A model generated the notes under the pieces. It saw nothing but the letters and a program-made list of their open reading frames with translations, was not told the origin of the DNA and did no database searches. Of a stretch of 51,849 nt of DNA, positions 1 through 8,508 are shown in pieces. Position 1 is the stretch's first letter. Each line of letters opens with the position of its first letter. The position numbers were made by a program, and so were the translations under genes. The stretch lies in IMG/VR virus record IMGVR_UViG_3300003691_000008, positions 1 through 51,849 of that record; one strand, 5' to 3'. Origin of the DNA: a virus (taxonomy: Duplodnaviria; Caudoviricetes).

Positions 1-1
1 A

Positions 2-193
2 GAATCTATAAACGGCTCTTATGTTGTGGCAAGGTTAGAAGATGATAACCAAGCCACGTTTAAGCAGTTGGTTATTGAAGGTAATCAAAAGTTTTTAAAG
101 CCACTTAATAAAGATTGGCCAGATCAACTAATACAGATTAACGCTAATTGCACCATTGTTGGCAGGGTAATTTTTACAGGTAAGGAACTTTAA
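2..193 (+). CDS. C-terminal part of S24-family peptidase / CI-LexA-like repressor (5' end outside window)
   Basis: Frame 2 reads ESINGSYVVARLEDDNQATFKQLVIEGNQKFLKPLNKDWPDQLIQINANCTIVGRVIFTGKEL*; ATFK, LKPLN and IVGRV are typical S24 C-terminal motifs. Confidence 0.85.
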   Translation, partial: ESINGSYVVARLEDDNQATFKQLVIEGNQKFLKPLNKDWPDQLIQINANCTIVGRVIFTGKEL

Positions 194-364
194 TAAATCA
201 AGGAATGCCTGGGATAAAATGTACCCCGTAGATACTTGGGAGTGTACAAGATCCAAGAAGATATCTGGCCTACAAAAAAGTGAGAATAAGGTGGTCAAAA
301 GCCGATGTAATGCTTTGAGAATGTGGTAATGGTGCCAATATCCGACTAAATCAACAATATCCCA

Positions 365-396
365 ATAGTCACTCTGTGCGCATTGAAGACGTTAGC
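365..396. repeat. Palindromic boundary unit (GTC-N17-GACGTTAGC) preceding module A
   Basis: ATAGTCACTCTGTGCGCATTGAAGACGTTAGC resembles the units at 5662-5697 and 47801-47836. Confidence 0.6.
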
Positions 397-409
397 ATTT
401 AATTATTTG

Positions 410-429
410 CCATATGTTTTCTAATGAAT
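410..429. repeat. Conserved 20-mer CCATATRTTTTCTAATGAAT, copy 1
   Basis: CCATATGTTTTCTAATGAAT; other copies at 5711-5730 and 7405-7424. Confidence 0.9.
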
Positions 430-598
430 TACGTCTGTTATTTACTTAATTTTATGTACAGCTCCACCAGAGGTTTACACTTTTTGCGAGAAAGAAGGCA
501 TAGCGCCATTTTTGTACTTAGGGTATAAAATCTAGTTCTTGTTAATTTATTGAGAATCATCGAGTTAACCGTTATTATTAAACTCAATAAATTATGAA

Positions 599-658
599 AG
601 GAGGCATGGTGCCTTGTTTAAATAGGGCACCATGCCTCCTAATAAGCTGTTATGTTGC
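599..658 (+). other. Hairpin plus attI-like junction at the start of cassette 1
   Basis: Perfect 15-bp inverted repeat AGGAGGCATGGTGCC/GGCACCATGCCTCCT, then AATAAGCT and the core site GTTATGTTGC (649-658). Confidence 0.6.
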
Positions 659-704
659 TAATGAAGCTGATTAGTCCTGATGTGAATGTTAAACCAACAA
701 GGAA

Positions 705-1238
705 GTGTTACAAATGATAGGTATTATTGCTTTTTCTATTCTCTTTATTTTAATTTATATGGTTCATCGCATTGCTAAACGTTTTTCAACTGATTTTTCA
801 ACTGATGATAATCCGAAATTACGGAAGCTTTTATATAGGATTGCACTAGGGTTTCTTATTTTTGTGCTAGTGGGTGATGAAATTATAGGAGGCACACAAC
901 TGGCATATTTTTGTCTTTCAGAACCAAAAAGACAAGTGTTTGTGGATGAACTTGAAGGTCGTACTATTCAAGGACGTAATACTACTTTTATTAAAGAATA
1001 CACGCCACTCGATATAGAAAAAAGGATAACTGAAATATTTGATATTAATAGCCACGAACTAGTGTTTAAAAGGTACTGGTATTCTGCTAAGGGTGGATGG
1101 CTGAGTCGTACAATATCTTTTAATGGAAGTAAAAACCCACTTTTGTTTGATGGTAATTGCTCTAACACTAAAAAACTTAAACAATTAAGATTAACAAATA
1201 AAATGAATTACATACGCACAGAATTGACGGCGTTTTAA
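705..1238 (+). CDS. Integron-type cassette 1: hypothetical membrane protein (2 N-terminal TM segments)
   Basis: 177-aa ORF with an AAGGAA RBS, bracketed by GTTATGTTGC (649) and its exact complement GCAACATAAC (1242-1251). Confidence 0.75.
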   Translation: MLQMIGIIAFSILFILIYMVHRIAKRFSTDFSTDDNPKLRKLLYRIALGFLIFVLVGDEIIGGTQLAYFCLSEPKRQVFVDELEGRTIQGRNTTFIKEYTPLDIEKRITEIFDINSHELVFKRYWYSAKGGWLSRTISFNGSKNPLLFDGNCSNTKKLKQLRLTNKMNYIRTELTAF

Positions 1239-1255
1239 CTCGCAACATAACTGTA

Positions 1256-1317
1256 AATCAATGGGGTCAGAGCGATTGATTTCTTTCCCTCACCAAAAGC
1301 TAACGTCAAAAAAGTGC
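1256..1317 (+). repeat. 62-bp direct repeat, copy 1 (AATCAATGGGGTCAGAGCGATTGATT...GCTAACGTCAAAAAAGTGC)
   Basis: 61/62 identical to 5619-5680; the two copies flank the Lamassu operon. Confidence 0.95.
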
Positions 1318-1345
1318 CTTGAGTTCAAATAGTCAGTGCAACACA
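1318..1345 (+). mobile_element. IS30-family-like terminal inverted repeat (left), no transposase
   Basis: CTTGAGTTCAAATAGTCAGTGCAACACA matches the reverse complement of 7345-7372 at 23/28; TTCAA-N4-TCAxTGCAACA resembles IS30-type ends. Confidence 0.55.
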
Positions 1346-1375
1346 CCTTAAGCTGACGTTAAGTTTAATGCTGCT

Positions 1376-1450
1376 ATTGGCAACTGTGAGCCTAAAGCAG
1401 TCATTAACTTAATTTGAGTTCAAGGTAACTTTGTGCCAACAATCGTCTTT
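1376..1450. repeat. Two degenerate palindromic units with an 18-nt spacer
   Basis: ATTGGC-N18-GTCATT (1376-1405) and AAGGT-N18-GTCTTT (1422-1450). Confidence 0.5.
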
Positions 1451-1721
1451 CGCTAACATATGATAAATATTCCCTTAGTCCGTATTTATATATTCTTTCT
1501 TATCATATTTGGTATTAGTTCCATTAATATAAAAACTGAGTGTTTTTACGTTAAATCAACAGCTTGATGGTTTAGCTATACCAACGGATGATATATCAAG
1601 CTAACTGATTACAAGTCCGCTACGTGGTATAGCTAATCCTACTAGTTATGCGGTTTAACAGTATGAATAATATCTTTAAATACAATAATAGCCCTATGAG
1701 TTTTCAACCCAATTTATTGCA

Positions 1722-3689
1722 CTAATTATATTTTTTCAGCAAAGCATTGGCTTTATTTGGCAAAAATAACACTCTATTCGTTTTTAATGTTTGAGGGTAT
1801 TTATTCAAACCTGTTGCAAGAATTACTTGATAATTCTTTTGATAATCATCAAGAGCTTCAAGTTTATTTATGCACTTAATTAAGTTATCTAGCTCTATTC
1901 CTGCTGTCTCTGGGGTATCAACAATTAAAAACTTAGGAAAAGCCACATCATCATATTTTAATGACATGTTCATCAAAGCAACATAGTACATCATTCTCAT
2001 AGATACTAATGAACTTGCTTCTCGGTATTCACCATCATTAATAAGTGGCAGGTAGTCATCTAAGCTTATACGCGCAGATCTACAATCTGATAATGTATCG
2101 GTCATTAATTCATTGTAAATAGCACTAAAAGCACTTACTTTGGTACTAACTTCTCTTTTTGTTTTTGATTCTAACTCTTTTCTTTTTAATTCTGCATCTT
2201 GCGCTTTAGAACGTTTAGCTTCAAAATCTTTTTGGAGTTTTTGAAGCTTGCCTTCGATTTCAATTAACTGTTCTAGTTTTCCACTATCCTCTCGAATATC
2301 AAGAATTTTATCATCAATATCATTGAGACTATCAATATCAATTTCATCATCAATTTTTTCAAGATTTTTTCTTAGGCCAGACTTTAAACTAGGTAATTTA
2401 GCTGATAATTCTTTAGACTTACCCTTTTCCTGTTGTATATCCAAATTACAATCTGAGATGGCTAACTTTATAGTCGCTAACGTTTTAGTTTTTGATTTTA
2501 ATATTTCTTTATATTCTTGAGATGTATAAAAAAATCTTTCATATTGCTCTTCATTAATATCTGAACCACATACACATTTACCATGTCCTCTATCGACTTT
2601 TACTAAGCAGTATGGACAAGTATCACCAGAAAATAAATTTAATTGATCATGTGTATGTATTATTTTGCTAATTTGATTTATTTCACTGATGGTCTCATTC
2701 TGAATTGTAACTAATTTATATCTTTCATTATAAAGTGATAATAAAATTTCTTTTATATCCCCTAGCTCTAATTCTATTTCTATAATTTGGTTCTTTAAAT
2801 GCTCTATATTGGGCTCAACCGAAACTCGGCAATTTCGGTTCTTCTTAAATGCTTCTCTAGCAGCTTGCAATTTTTCTAACTGAAGATCATTAGCACGCTG
2901 CTCATTTTGAAGGAAATTAATGTTTTTTAGCTCACCATCACCTCTGATTTTGTCGGCTAGTAATGAATATTCATTTACCAAGCTTTTAGCTACATTCTTA
3001 TCTTTATCTTTTGTTTTAGCATCAACGATAGAGTCATAGTATTCAGAAAATGATTTACCGATTAATAATTCAAAAATAGCTTTACGTAAAATTTCAGAAT
3101 CAGACACATGATTTTGCTTGATATCTATTTTTTTATAAATATATTCTGGATCTGGCTGTTGATCGTGATACATCAATCTGAAGAGATCGGTAGAGTTAAT
3201 TTTGAAGGTGGAATACCCTTGATAAATTTCAACTACAGAAATACCAAGCTCTTTTAATAACCAGTCAGAAAAAGTATATGGCGTATTTTCTCTACGATAT
3301 ATTGGTAATATAGAAGTGTTTTGAGCATATTTATCTGTGGAAAATGTAATATTTCCATTTTCGGGATCTATTAATTCATCATATTCTGTAAGTGTTACAT
3401 CATTATCATTCAGATATCTTCGTAATTGGTAGTTTCCAACAGAAACCGATATATATATTTCAACGTAATTATTTGTATCTGAAGTTACTTCTTTGTGTTT
3501 TTTCTTTTCGCTATCTTTACGAAATTCTTCAACTCTACCGCCAAAAGCATAGTAAATTAAGTTACAAAGAGTCGTTTTTCCAGTACCATTATCACCTTCA
3601 ATTAATACAATGTTTTTGTCAAAAATTTCTGACTCAAAATGATATTTGTCTCCAGAATAGATAACTTGATTGACTCTTAAATAACCCAT
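1722..3689 (-). CDS. lmuB: SMC/Rad50-like ABC ATPase, Lamassu LmuB / ABC-3C ATPase
   Basis: Walker A GDNGTGKTT, long coiled coils, central CPYC zinc hook, Walker B LIVDTP; last gene of a tight 3-gene operon. Confidence 0.85.
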   Translation of the reverse strand: MGYLRVNQVIYSGDKYHFESEIFDKNIVLIEGDNGTGKTTLCNLIYYAFGGRVEEFRKDSEKKKHKEVTSDTNNYVEIYISVSVGNYQLRRYLNDNDVTLTEYDELIDPENGNITFSTDKYAQNTSILPIYRRENTPYTFSDWLLKELGISVVEIYQGYSTFKINSTDLFRLMYHDQQPDPEYIYKKIDIKQNHVSDSEILRKAIFELLIGKSFSEYYDSIVDAKTKDKDKNVAKSLVNEYSLLADKIRGDGELKNINFLQNEQRANDLQLEKLQAAREAFKKNRNCRVSVEPNIEHLKNQIIEIELELGDIKEILLSLYNERYKLVTIQNETISEINQISKIIHTHDQLNLFSGDTCPYCLVKVDRGHGKCVCGSDINEEQYERFFYTSQEYKEILKSKTKTLATIKLAISDCNLDIQQEKGKSKELSAKLPSLKSGLRKNLEKIDDEIDIDSLNDIDDKILDIREDSGKLEQLIEIEGKLQKLQKDFEAKRSKAQDAELKRKELESKTKREVSTKVSAFSAIYNELMTDTLSDCRSARISLDDYLPLINDGEYREASSLVSMRMMYYVALMNMSLKYDDVAFPKFLIVDTPETAGIELDNLIKCINKLEALDDYQKNYQVILATGLNKYPQTLKTNRVLFLPNKANALLKKYN

Positions 3690-4204
3690 GTTTTTATGCC
3701 TCGTTCCCTGTAGATTTTACCTAACATAGTATCCAGAGTAAGTGTTGATAGTCGTTTTATATTAGTTTTCAAACTGTTTAAGTTATTATATTCTTTTCCA
3801 AAAACTTTTTTATCAAAGAATGTTTTTGGTAGGTTTTTCTTATTTAATGATACGTTCACTAGCGATGAAATATTTCCTTTTTCCAGAGAGATAAACCCTT
3901 TTTTCTCTAAAGTAAAAAGTAATTTCAGAACCTCACTACGTCTCGTTAACCCATTGGAGTAGCTGTTAAATAAATATTCTTTATCAATATTGTTATGTGA
4001 TTCTGAATCTAAGTTATTTAATATGTACACTAGCCTTTCATCTTTTATAAAATCGATTATAAAAGCGAGCTTTCTGTAATCTTTAAAATATTTACCATCA
4101 TTGCATTTTAATGAATCTAGAGTAATTATTACTGCATAGCAAAATAGATAAAAATCTTCACCGGATAAGTACATTATTCCTTTTTTGACATTAATATTTT
4201 TCAT
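3677..4204 (-). CDS. ABC-3C middle component / LmuC-like small protein
   Basis: 175 aa lying between the effector and the ATPase, abutting one and overlapping the other; LFTLEKKGFI suggests a winged helix. Confidence 0.65.
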   Translation of the reverse strand: MKNINVKKGIMYLSGEDFYLFCYAVIITLDSLKCNDGKYFKDYRKLAFIIDFIKDERLVYILNNLDSESHNNIDKEYLFNSYSNGLTRRSEVLKLLFTLEKKGFISLEKGNISSLVNVSLNKKNLPKTFFDKKVFGKEYNNLNSLKTNIKRLSTLTLDTMLGKIYRERGIKTWVI

Positions 4205-5431
4205 TTATTTCTCGTCAAACGAAACAAAACAGCTATCAATCAAATCCATGACAACGCCATCAATTGTATTTTTATTAGATATTGTATAATTGTAGTCTTT
4301 TTTCAATTCTTCTATATGCTCAGATGATGCCGCATTTAACCCTTTAATCGTTGAATCTACTTCAGCTATAGAATTAGGCTCTGGAAAATCGTTATCGAAC
4401 AAATATTGATTACAAGCTTCATATGTTCGGTATTTAAGAGAGAGAAAAGACTTGTTGCCTGCTAGCTGTTCTACTTTAGAACGGCTAGCTAGTCGCGCCA
4501 AATGTCCCAGTTTTCGCTCAGGGTAATCAGGGCATACAGATATTATTTTTTCTGATAAGTTACGTTTATCCGTAATTTCTTTCTCTAAGGCTTCAATTGA
4601 ATTCCAAGTTGGATCAGTTGCATGATCTATTTCTTCGGACTCAGCTTCTTTAAAAACTAGCCTTACATCAGATGAATGAACAAACCTACCTGCATAACTT
4701 GAATTATTTTGTCTTTCATCAATAAGTTCCATCAATAAAGAAAATATAATTTCTTCTTTATTTGCTATTCTTGAATTGTATAACTGAGAGTTTCTTATTA
4801 AAGATAGGACAGTAGTTTTTAAATCTACTTCATTTTCTTCACCAAAATGCCATTTAATCCTATCTAAAAAATTTTTAAAATCGTCAGAATTAATAACTTT
4901 TAAAGTCTCAACGTGGCCATCAACTTTTTTATCTTGGTATTGCTTTGTATACTCTTCTAATACAATTGATTTTACGGTGTCAACCAGTTCTAGTGAAGTT
5001 GAATCATTACTCATTAAAATCGACAGGATTGGCTCTTTAGGTAATTTAATAATAGTGCCATTATCGAGCTTTGTCTTTTTTTCCTTTCCTATACCTGAGG
5101 TTGTATAAAAACCGAGGTTTAATTCATCACTAGCACGCCAAGTATTAATGTAAATATCAAAAAAACTGACTAATGTATTTTTAACTTCATTACTGAAAAT
5201 AGTAAAATTAGTCTTTGAATCATAATTTTTATCTTCTTCTACATATTGCGCTGACAATTCACTAGATTCAATTGTGTGGGAAATATCTTCGATGACTTCT
5301 ATTGCAGTGTAGAAAATAGAACTTTTTTTATGGTTTAAAGAATCAAGCATTAACTTGATGGCTCGAATTTTTTGTAGCCTAAATCCTTTTGACTTATCTG
5401 CCGCTTCGCGGTTGATTGTTTTATTTTCCAT
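4205..5431 (-). CDS. lmuA: Lamassu effector with Cap4/DUF4297-like PD-(D/E)XK DNase N-terminus (LmuA-like)
   Basis: AADKSKGFRLQ...IEVIEDI...VEEDKNY pattern; start taken at MENKT (ORF track starts at 5443). Confidence 0.75.
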   Translation of the reverse strand: MENKTINREAADKSKGFRLQKIRAIKLMLDSLNHKKSSIFYTAIEVIEDISHTIESSELSAQYVEEDKNYDSKTNFTIFSNEVKNTLVSFFDIYINTWRASDELNLGFYTTSGIGKEKKTKLDNGTIIKLPKEPILSILMSNDSTSLELVDTVKSIVLEEYTKQYQDKKVDGHVETLKVINSDDFKNFLDRIKWHFGEENEVDLKTTVLSLIRNSQLYNSRIANKEEIIFSLLMELIDERQNNSSYAGRFVHSSDVRLVFKEAESEEIDHATDPTWNSIEALEKEITDKRNLSEKIISVCPDYPERKLGHLARLASRSKVEQLAGNKSFLSLKYRTYEACNQYLFDNDFPEPNSIAEVDSTIKGLNAASSEHIEELKKDYNYTISNKNTIDGVVMDLIDSCFVSFDEK

Positions 5432-5576
5432 AATATATGTCAAGAGCCCTGCGCTAGTAATACTTAATGTTTTTGTTGTTATGTATCAATAATTAATATA
5501 ACACTTATGTCAAAATTTTGTCGATAATGAACTAATTAATTATTTGTGAATAAAAAGACCCTTTAGTTAAAAAAAC

Positions 5577-5644
5577 CAATGGGGTCAGAGTAAATCAATG
5601 GGGTCATAAAATCAATGTAATCAATGGGGTCAGAGCGATTGATT
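5577..5644 (+). repeat. Tandem CAATGGGGTCA iterations
   Basis: Three copies (5577, 5596, 5622) plus a partial ATCAATGT; the last forms an AATCAAT/ATTGATT hairpin. Confidence 0.85.
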
Positions 5645-5680
5645 GCTTTCCCTCACCAAAAGCTAACGTCAAAAAAGTGC
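5619..5680 (+). repeat. 62-bp direct repeat, copy 2
   Basis: 61/62 identical to 1256-1317. Confidence 0.95.
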
Positions 5681-5697
5681 GCATTAGAGACATTAGC
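5662..5697. repeat. Intact 36-bp palindromic boundary unit GCTAACGTC-N18-GACATTAGC
   Basis: 9-bp arms, complementary at 8/9; precedes module B. Confidence 0.8.
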
Positions 5698-5710
5698 CTT
5701 ACTTTTTTTG

Positions 5711-5730
5711 CCATATATTTTCTAATGAAT
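5711..5730. repeat. Conserved 20-mer, copy 2
   Basis: CCATATATTTTCTAATGAAT. Confidence 0.9.
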
Positions 5731-5741
5731 ATTTCATGTCA

Positions 5742-5765
5742 TGTTACTGAGCCGGCTCAGTAACA
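5742..5765. promoter_or_regulatory. Perfect 24-bp palindrome TGTTACTGAGCCGGCTCAGTAACA (candidate protein-binding site)
   Basis: Degenerate copies near 5836-5859, 5955-5977 and 7437-7459. Confidence 0.55.
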
Positions 5766-6012
5766 CACCTAAAGAACACCAATAAACGTATATTTGATTG
5801 ATCTTACTGTAATTAACACCGTTTTTTATAAGGGCTATTACTGCGTGGGCTTAGTAACATCCTATTTTCAATGGAAAATTCCGTTATTGTGGTTTCTAAT
5901 ACTTTGAATTTGTGGGATATTAATGTAAATTAATTTTAAATTATGGAATGGACATTATTGAGCCGGCTCCATAATAAGCTATTAGCTAGCAAACCCAAAG
6001 GTTGTCCAAATC

Positions 6013-6555
6013 ATGTCATTATATTTATATTTCCTGCCACCGATATTAGCTGTTATTTACAAGTGGCTGGAGTACGCTGGCATAATAGACAAATTAACTG
6101 GTCGAGGTTTAGCTTTAGATGGCCTTAAAAGGCTAAGATCTACATCAGGTTACCCAAAAGCTTGGATTTATAATAAAGATCAAGATGAAAAAATATTTAG
6201 AGCTATAGAGAAGCGAATCTCAAAAAATACAGACCAACCGATTATAATTTCTGCAATAAAAAATGGTTTTAAGCCAAACCTCATTTCAGTTGGCGGAAAA
6301 CCTACTGAGATTGAAGGCTTACCGACTGAGTGGCCACAAGCTGAAAGGTTCTCATACTTACCAAATCAACCTGTACTTTATTTTTTTGAAGTTCCTAAAT
6401 CAAAAACTGGTACAAAATGTGACAGAGCTTGCACGTTAGATGAATTGGATGGTTGGTTAAAAGAAGAAAAAGATAATAGAACCTTTTGGCTCGGTACATT
6501 TCTTTTAGGTGTGATTTCTATCACTTTCCTTTTAGTTAGGCTAAATATTGCTTAG
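6013..6555 (+). CDS. Integron-type cassette 2: hypothetical protein with N- and C-terminal TM helices
   Basis: 180 aa; starts after ATTAGCTAGCAA (5981) and ends at complementary TTGCTTAGCTAAT (6548-6560), followed by an attC-like site. Confidence 0.75.
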   Translation: MSLYLYFLPPILAVIYKWLEYAGIIDKLTGRGLALDGLKRLRSTSGYPKAWIYNKDQDEKIFRAIEKRISKNTDQPIIISAIKNGFKPNLISVGGKPTEIEGLPTEWPQAERFSYLPNQPVLYFFEVPKSKTGTKCDRACTLDELDGWLKEEKDNRTFWLGTFLLGVISITFLLVRLNIA

Positions 6556-6650
6556 CTAATAAGGAAATCAAACGGACACGCAACTGTTGGCTGCGTTTCG
6601 CTACACAATCTTAGCCAACTATTACTTAGCCTGTTATTTAGGCTTTATTC
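6554..6650 (+). other. attC-like site (97 bp, degenerate cores)
   Basis: AGCTAAT...internal GTTGGCT/AGCCAAC stem...GGCTTTATTC; shares AACWGTTKGCTG, TTAGCCAACTA and GGCTTTA with the split site at 8302/47324. Confidence 0.75.
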
Positions 6651-6664
6651 ATAAGAAGTAGACT

Positions 6665-7285
6665 GTGAGTAAATTTGATATAAAAGTACAAATGAATCCT
6701 GTAATAATGTCCATATTAGCCTTGTTAGTTTCATTCATTGGTTTGTTTTTTTCGTACCAGGCTAATGATTTAGCAAAAGAGCAATACCGACAAAGTAGGT
6801 TAATTGTTTTAAAAGCTGATTTTCTAAAACAAGATGATACCTTTATTCATGTTGAACCTATTGATGGCAATACTCATTTTATACGGGGAACTGCTTATTT
6901 ACCTCCTGTGATTCATAAAGAAGAAGTACCTATTGCCTCTAATGGTAATATTTTACACATGGGTTCTATTAGTTCAGAAATTAAAGATCATTTTTTAACT
7001 TACGTATCTTCTGAGAAAGGTATAACTAAAATATCAGAGGGAGATATCCCTGTTTTAATCAAATCATACTATGTATCGAAAGGTGTCGGATACACAGATA
7101 TATCGTTATATATGCTTGGCATGCAAGTCATATTAACGGAAGAACAACATGCGAGGCCAAAAATACAATTTACGAGCTTGGCATTTATCGAACGTTATAA
7201 CGAACTCAATGATATTAACTATGAAATGCTGGATGCTATGGTTTCAAGTGAAAAAGGATTTCAGTTACCTATCAATAAGCCTTAG
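6665..7285 (+). CDS. Integron-type cassette 3: hypothetical protein with N-terminal TM anchor
   Basis: 206 aa; TTTATTCATAAG (6644) complements CTTATGTATAAC (7288-7299) at 10/12. Confidence 0.75.
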   Translation: MSKFDIKVQMNPVIMSILALLVSFIGLFFSYQANDLAKEQYRQSRLIVLKADFLKQDDTFIHVEPIDGNTHFIRGTAYLPPVIHKEEVPIASNGNILHMGSISSEIKDHFLTYVSSEKGITKISEGDIPVLIKSYYVSKGVGYTDISLYMLGMQVILTEEQHARPKIQFTSLAFIERYNELNDINYEMLDAMVSSEKGFQLPINKP

Positions 7286-7323
7286 AACTTATGTATAACA
7301 AGTGACTATGGTGAGTTATCAAT

Positions 7324-7340
7324 ACAAAACCTAATCCGAA
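7324..7340 (+). repeat. 17-bp direct repeat ACAAAACCTAATCCGAA, copy 1
   Basis: Identical to 47765-47781; both copies follow a truncated attC. Confidence 0.8.
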
Positions 7341-7344
7341 AAAT

Positions 7345-7372
7345 TGTGTTGCACTGACCGTTTGAAATCACA
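7345..7372 (-). mobile_element. IS30-family-like terminal inverted repeat (right), no transposase
   Basis: TGTGTTGCACTGACCGTTTGAAATCACA, followed by GC and the right half of a palindromic unit (GCTAAGCG-GACTTTAGC). Confidence 0.55.
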
Positions 7373-7404
7373 GCGCTAAGCGGACTTTAGCATCAAATTT
7401 TTTA

Positions 7405-7424
7405 CCATATATTTTCTAATGAAT
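7405..7424. repeat. Conserved 20-mer, copy 3
   Basis: CCATATATTTTCTAATGAAT. Confidence 0.9.
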
Positions 7425-7518
7425 TATTCGTGTCATATAACTGAGAAGTCTTAGTAACAGCCCGAAAGTAACACATTTATTTTCTAAGTAATTATTTTAT
7501 ATTTACACTCAATAATAA

Positions 7519-7534
7519 CTGTATAAATACATAG
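7519..7534. promoter_or_regulatory. LexA-box-like site
   Basis: CTGTATAAATACATAG, one mismatch to CTGT-N8-ACAG, inside the module C leader. Confidence 0.45.
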
Positions 7535-7749
7535 TTTAATCGAGTTTCCCCTATATTCAGGAAAATAAGCAAATTGCGCATTTTCGTCCGTTGATAATTT
7601 TAAAAGTGCTTTAACTAGAAAAGCTATATTGAATTTGCTATTAATAGTGAAAGTAGAAAAGTGCGCGACTTGTCAGCAGAAATATGCGCAACTTGCGCAA
7701 CTTGCGCATTATTAAATTGTTATGTTTTTAGTATTCTTCGAGGGAGCTT

Positions 7750-8307
7750 ATGAATAAATCAATATTAATAAATGTGACTGCAGTTGTAATATCAATCTGC
7801 GCATTGACCCTATCCCTTAAACAAGCACAAGAAGCTGAAAAAGTAAGTAGTGTATCTGTGTTTCCTCACATAGATATAACTATGGTTGGAGGTAAAGGTT
7901 CAGGACAAGAAAACGGAATTCGTTTAGATAACGCAGGAACGGGGCCAGCATTAATTGATGACTTTAATTTGTATGTTGATGGCAAAATAATAAAAGGAAA
8001 AAAGCATGAACTTTGGTGGGATGCACTGATAAAACTAGGCTTTACCCCACAAGAGATTTATGACTTCAGAACCTTTTATTTTACGAATACTGCAGCTTTA
8101 AAAGATGGTAATGTGTACTATTTGATAAGACCAAAGTTAATCAATAATGACGAATTTAGAAGCCTAACAGAGTACGAATGGGATAAGTTGCAGAAGCTGA
8201 CTATAAGAATTGATTATCACGGTGCTTTTGGCGACAAATGCTATGTTACTTACACTCCTGCGAATAAAGGGAGTGCTATTGAACGCACCGAGTGTATAAA
8301 AACATAA
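7750..8307 (+). CDS. Integron-type cassette 4: hypothetical protein with N-terminal TM/signal segment
   Basis: 185 aa with a GGGAG RBS; GTTATGTTTTTA (7719-7730) exactly complements TAAAAACATAAC (8297-8308). Confidence 0.8.
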   Translation: MNKSILINVTAVVISICALTLSLKQAQEAEKVSSVSVFPHIDITMVGGKGSGQENGIRLDNAGTGPALIDDFNLYVDGKIIKGKKHELWWDALIKLGFTPQEIYDFRTFYFTNTAALKDGNVYYLIRPKLINNDEFRSLTEYEWDKLQKLTIRIDYHGAFGDKCYVTYTPANKGSAIERTECIKT

Positions 8308-8379
8308 CAAGCTAATTAATAAGGATAAAAAACAGTTTGCTGTTTTCGTCCCTCAACATTTTAGCCAACTAAATTTTGC
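8302..8379 (+). other. attC-like site, left part (interrupted by the prophage)
   Basis: ACATAACAAG...AACAGTTTGCTG...TTAGCCAACTAAATTTTGC; continues at 47304-47324. Confidence 0.8.
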
Positions 8380-8467
8380 TGATACAGAGAGAGAAAAGAA
8401 TACAAGAAAACAGAGATAAATGTGAAATTTTGTGAAATTGTGCGGAATTGAATGATTTAGTATTTGC

Positions 8468-8498
8468 AAAAGACTTTCATATGCTGAAAGTCTTTTTT
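8468..8498. terminator. Bidirectional intrinsic terminator at the end of the early operon
   Basis: AAAAGACTTTCA-tatgc-TGAAAGTCTTTT with A/T tracts on both sides. Confidence 0.75.
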
Positions 8499-8508
8499 GT
8501 TGGGGGAT

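Noticed and set aside
5577-5680. Possible CRISPR array
   Set aside because: Repeats are short, irregularly spaced, lack unique spacers, and no cas genes are present
5807-5821. LexA box in the module B leader
   Set aside because: CTGT-N7-ACCG has the wrong spacing and a mismatch; too weak to call
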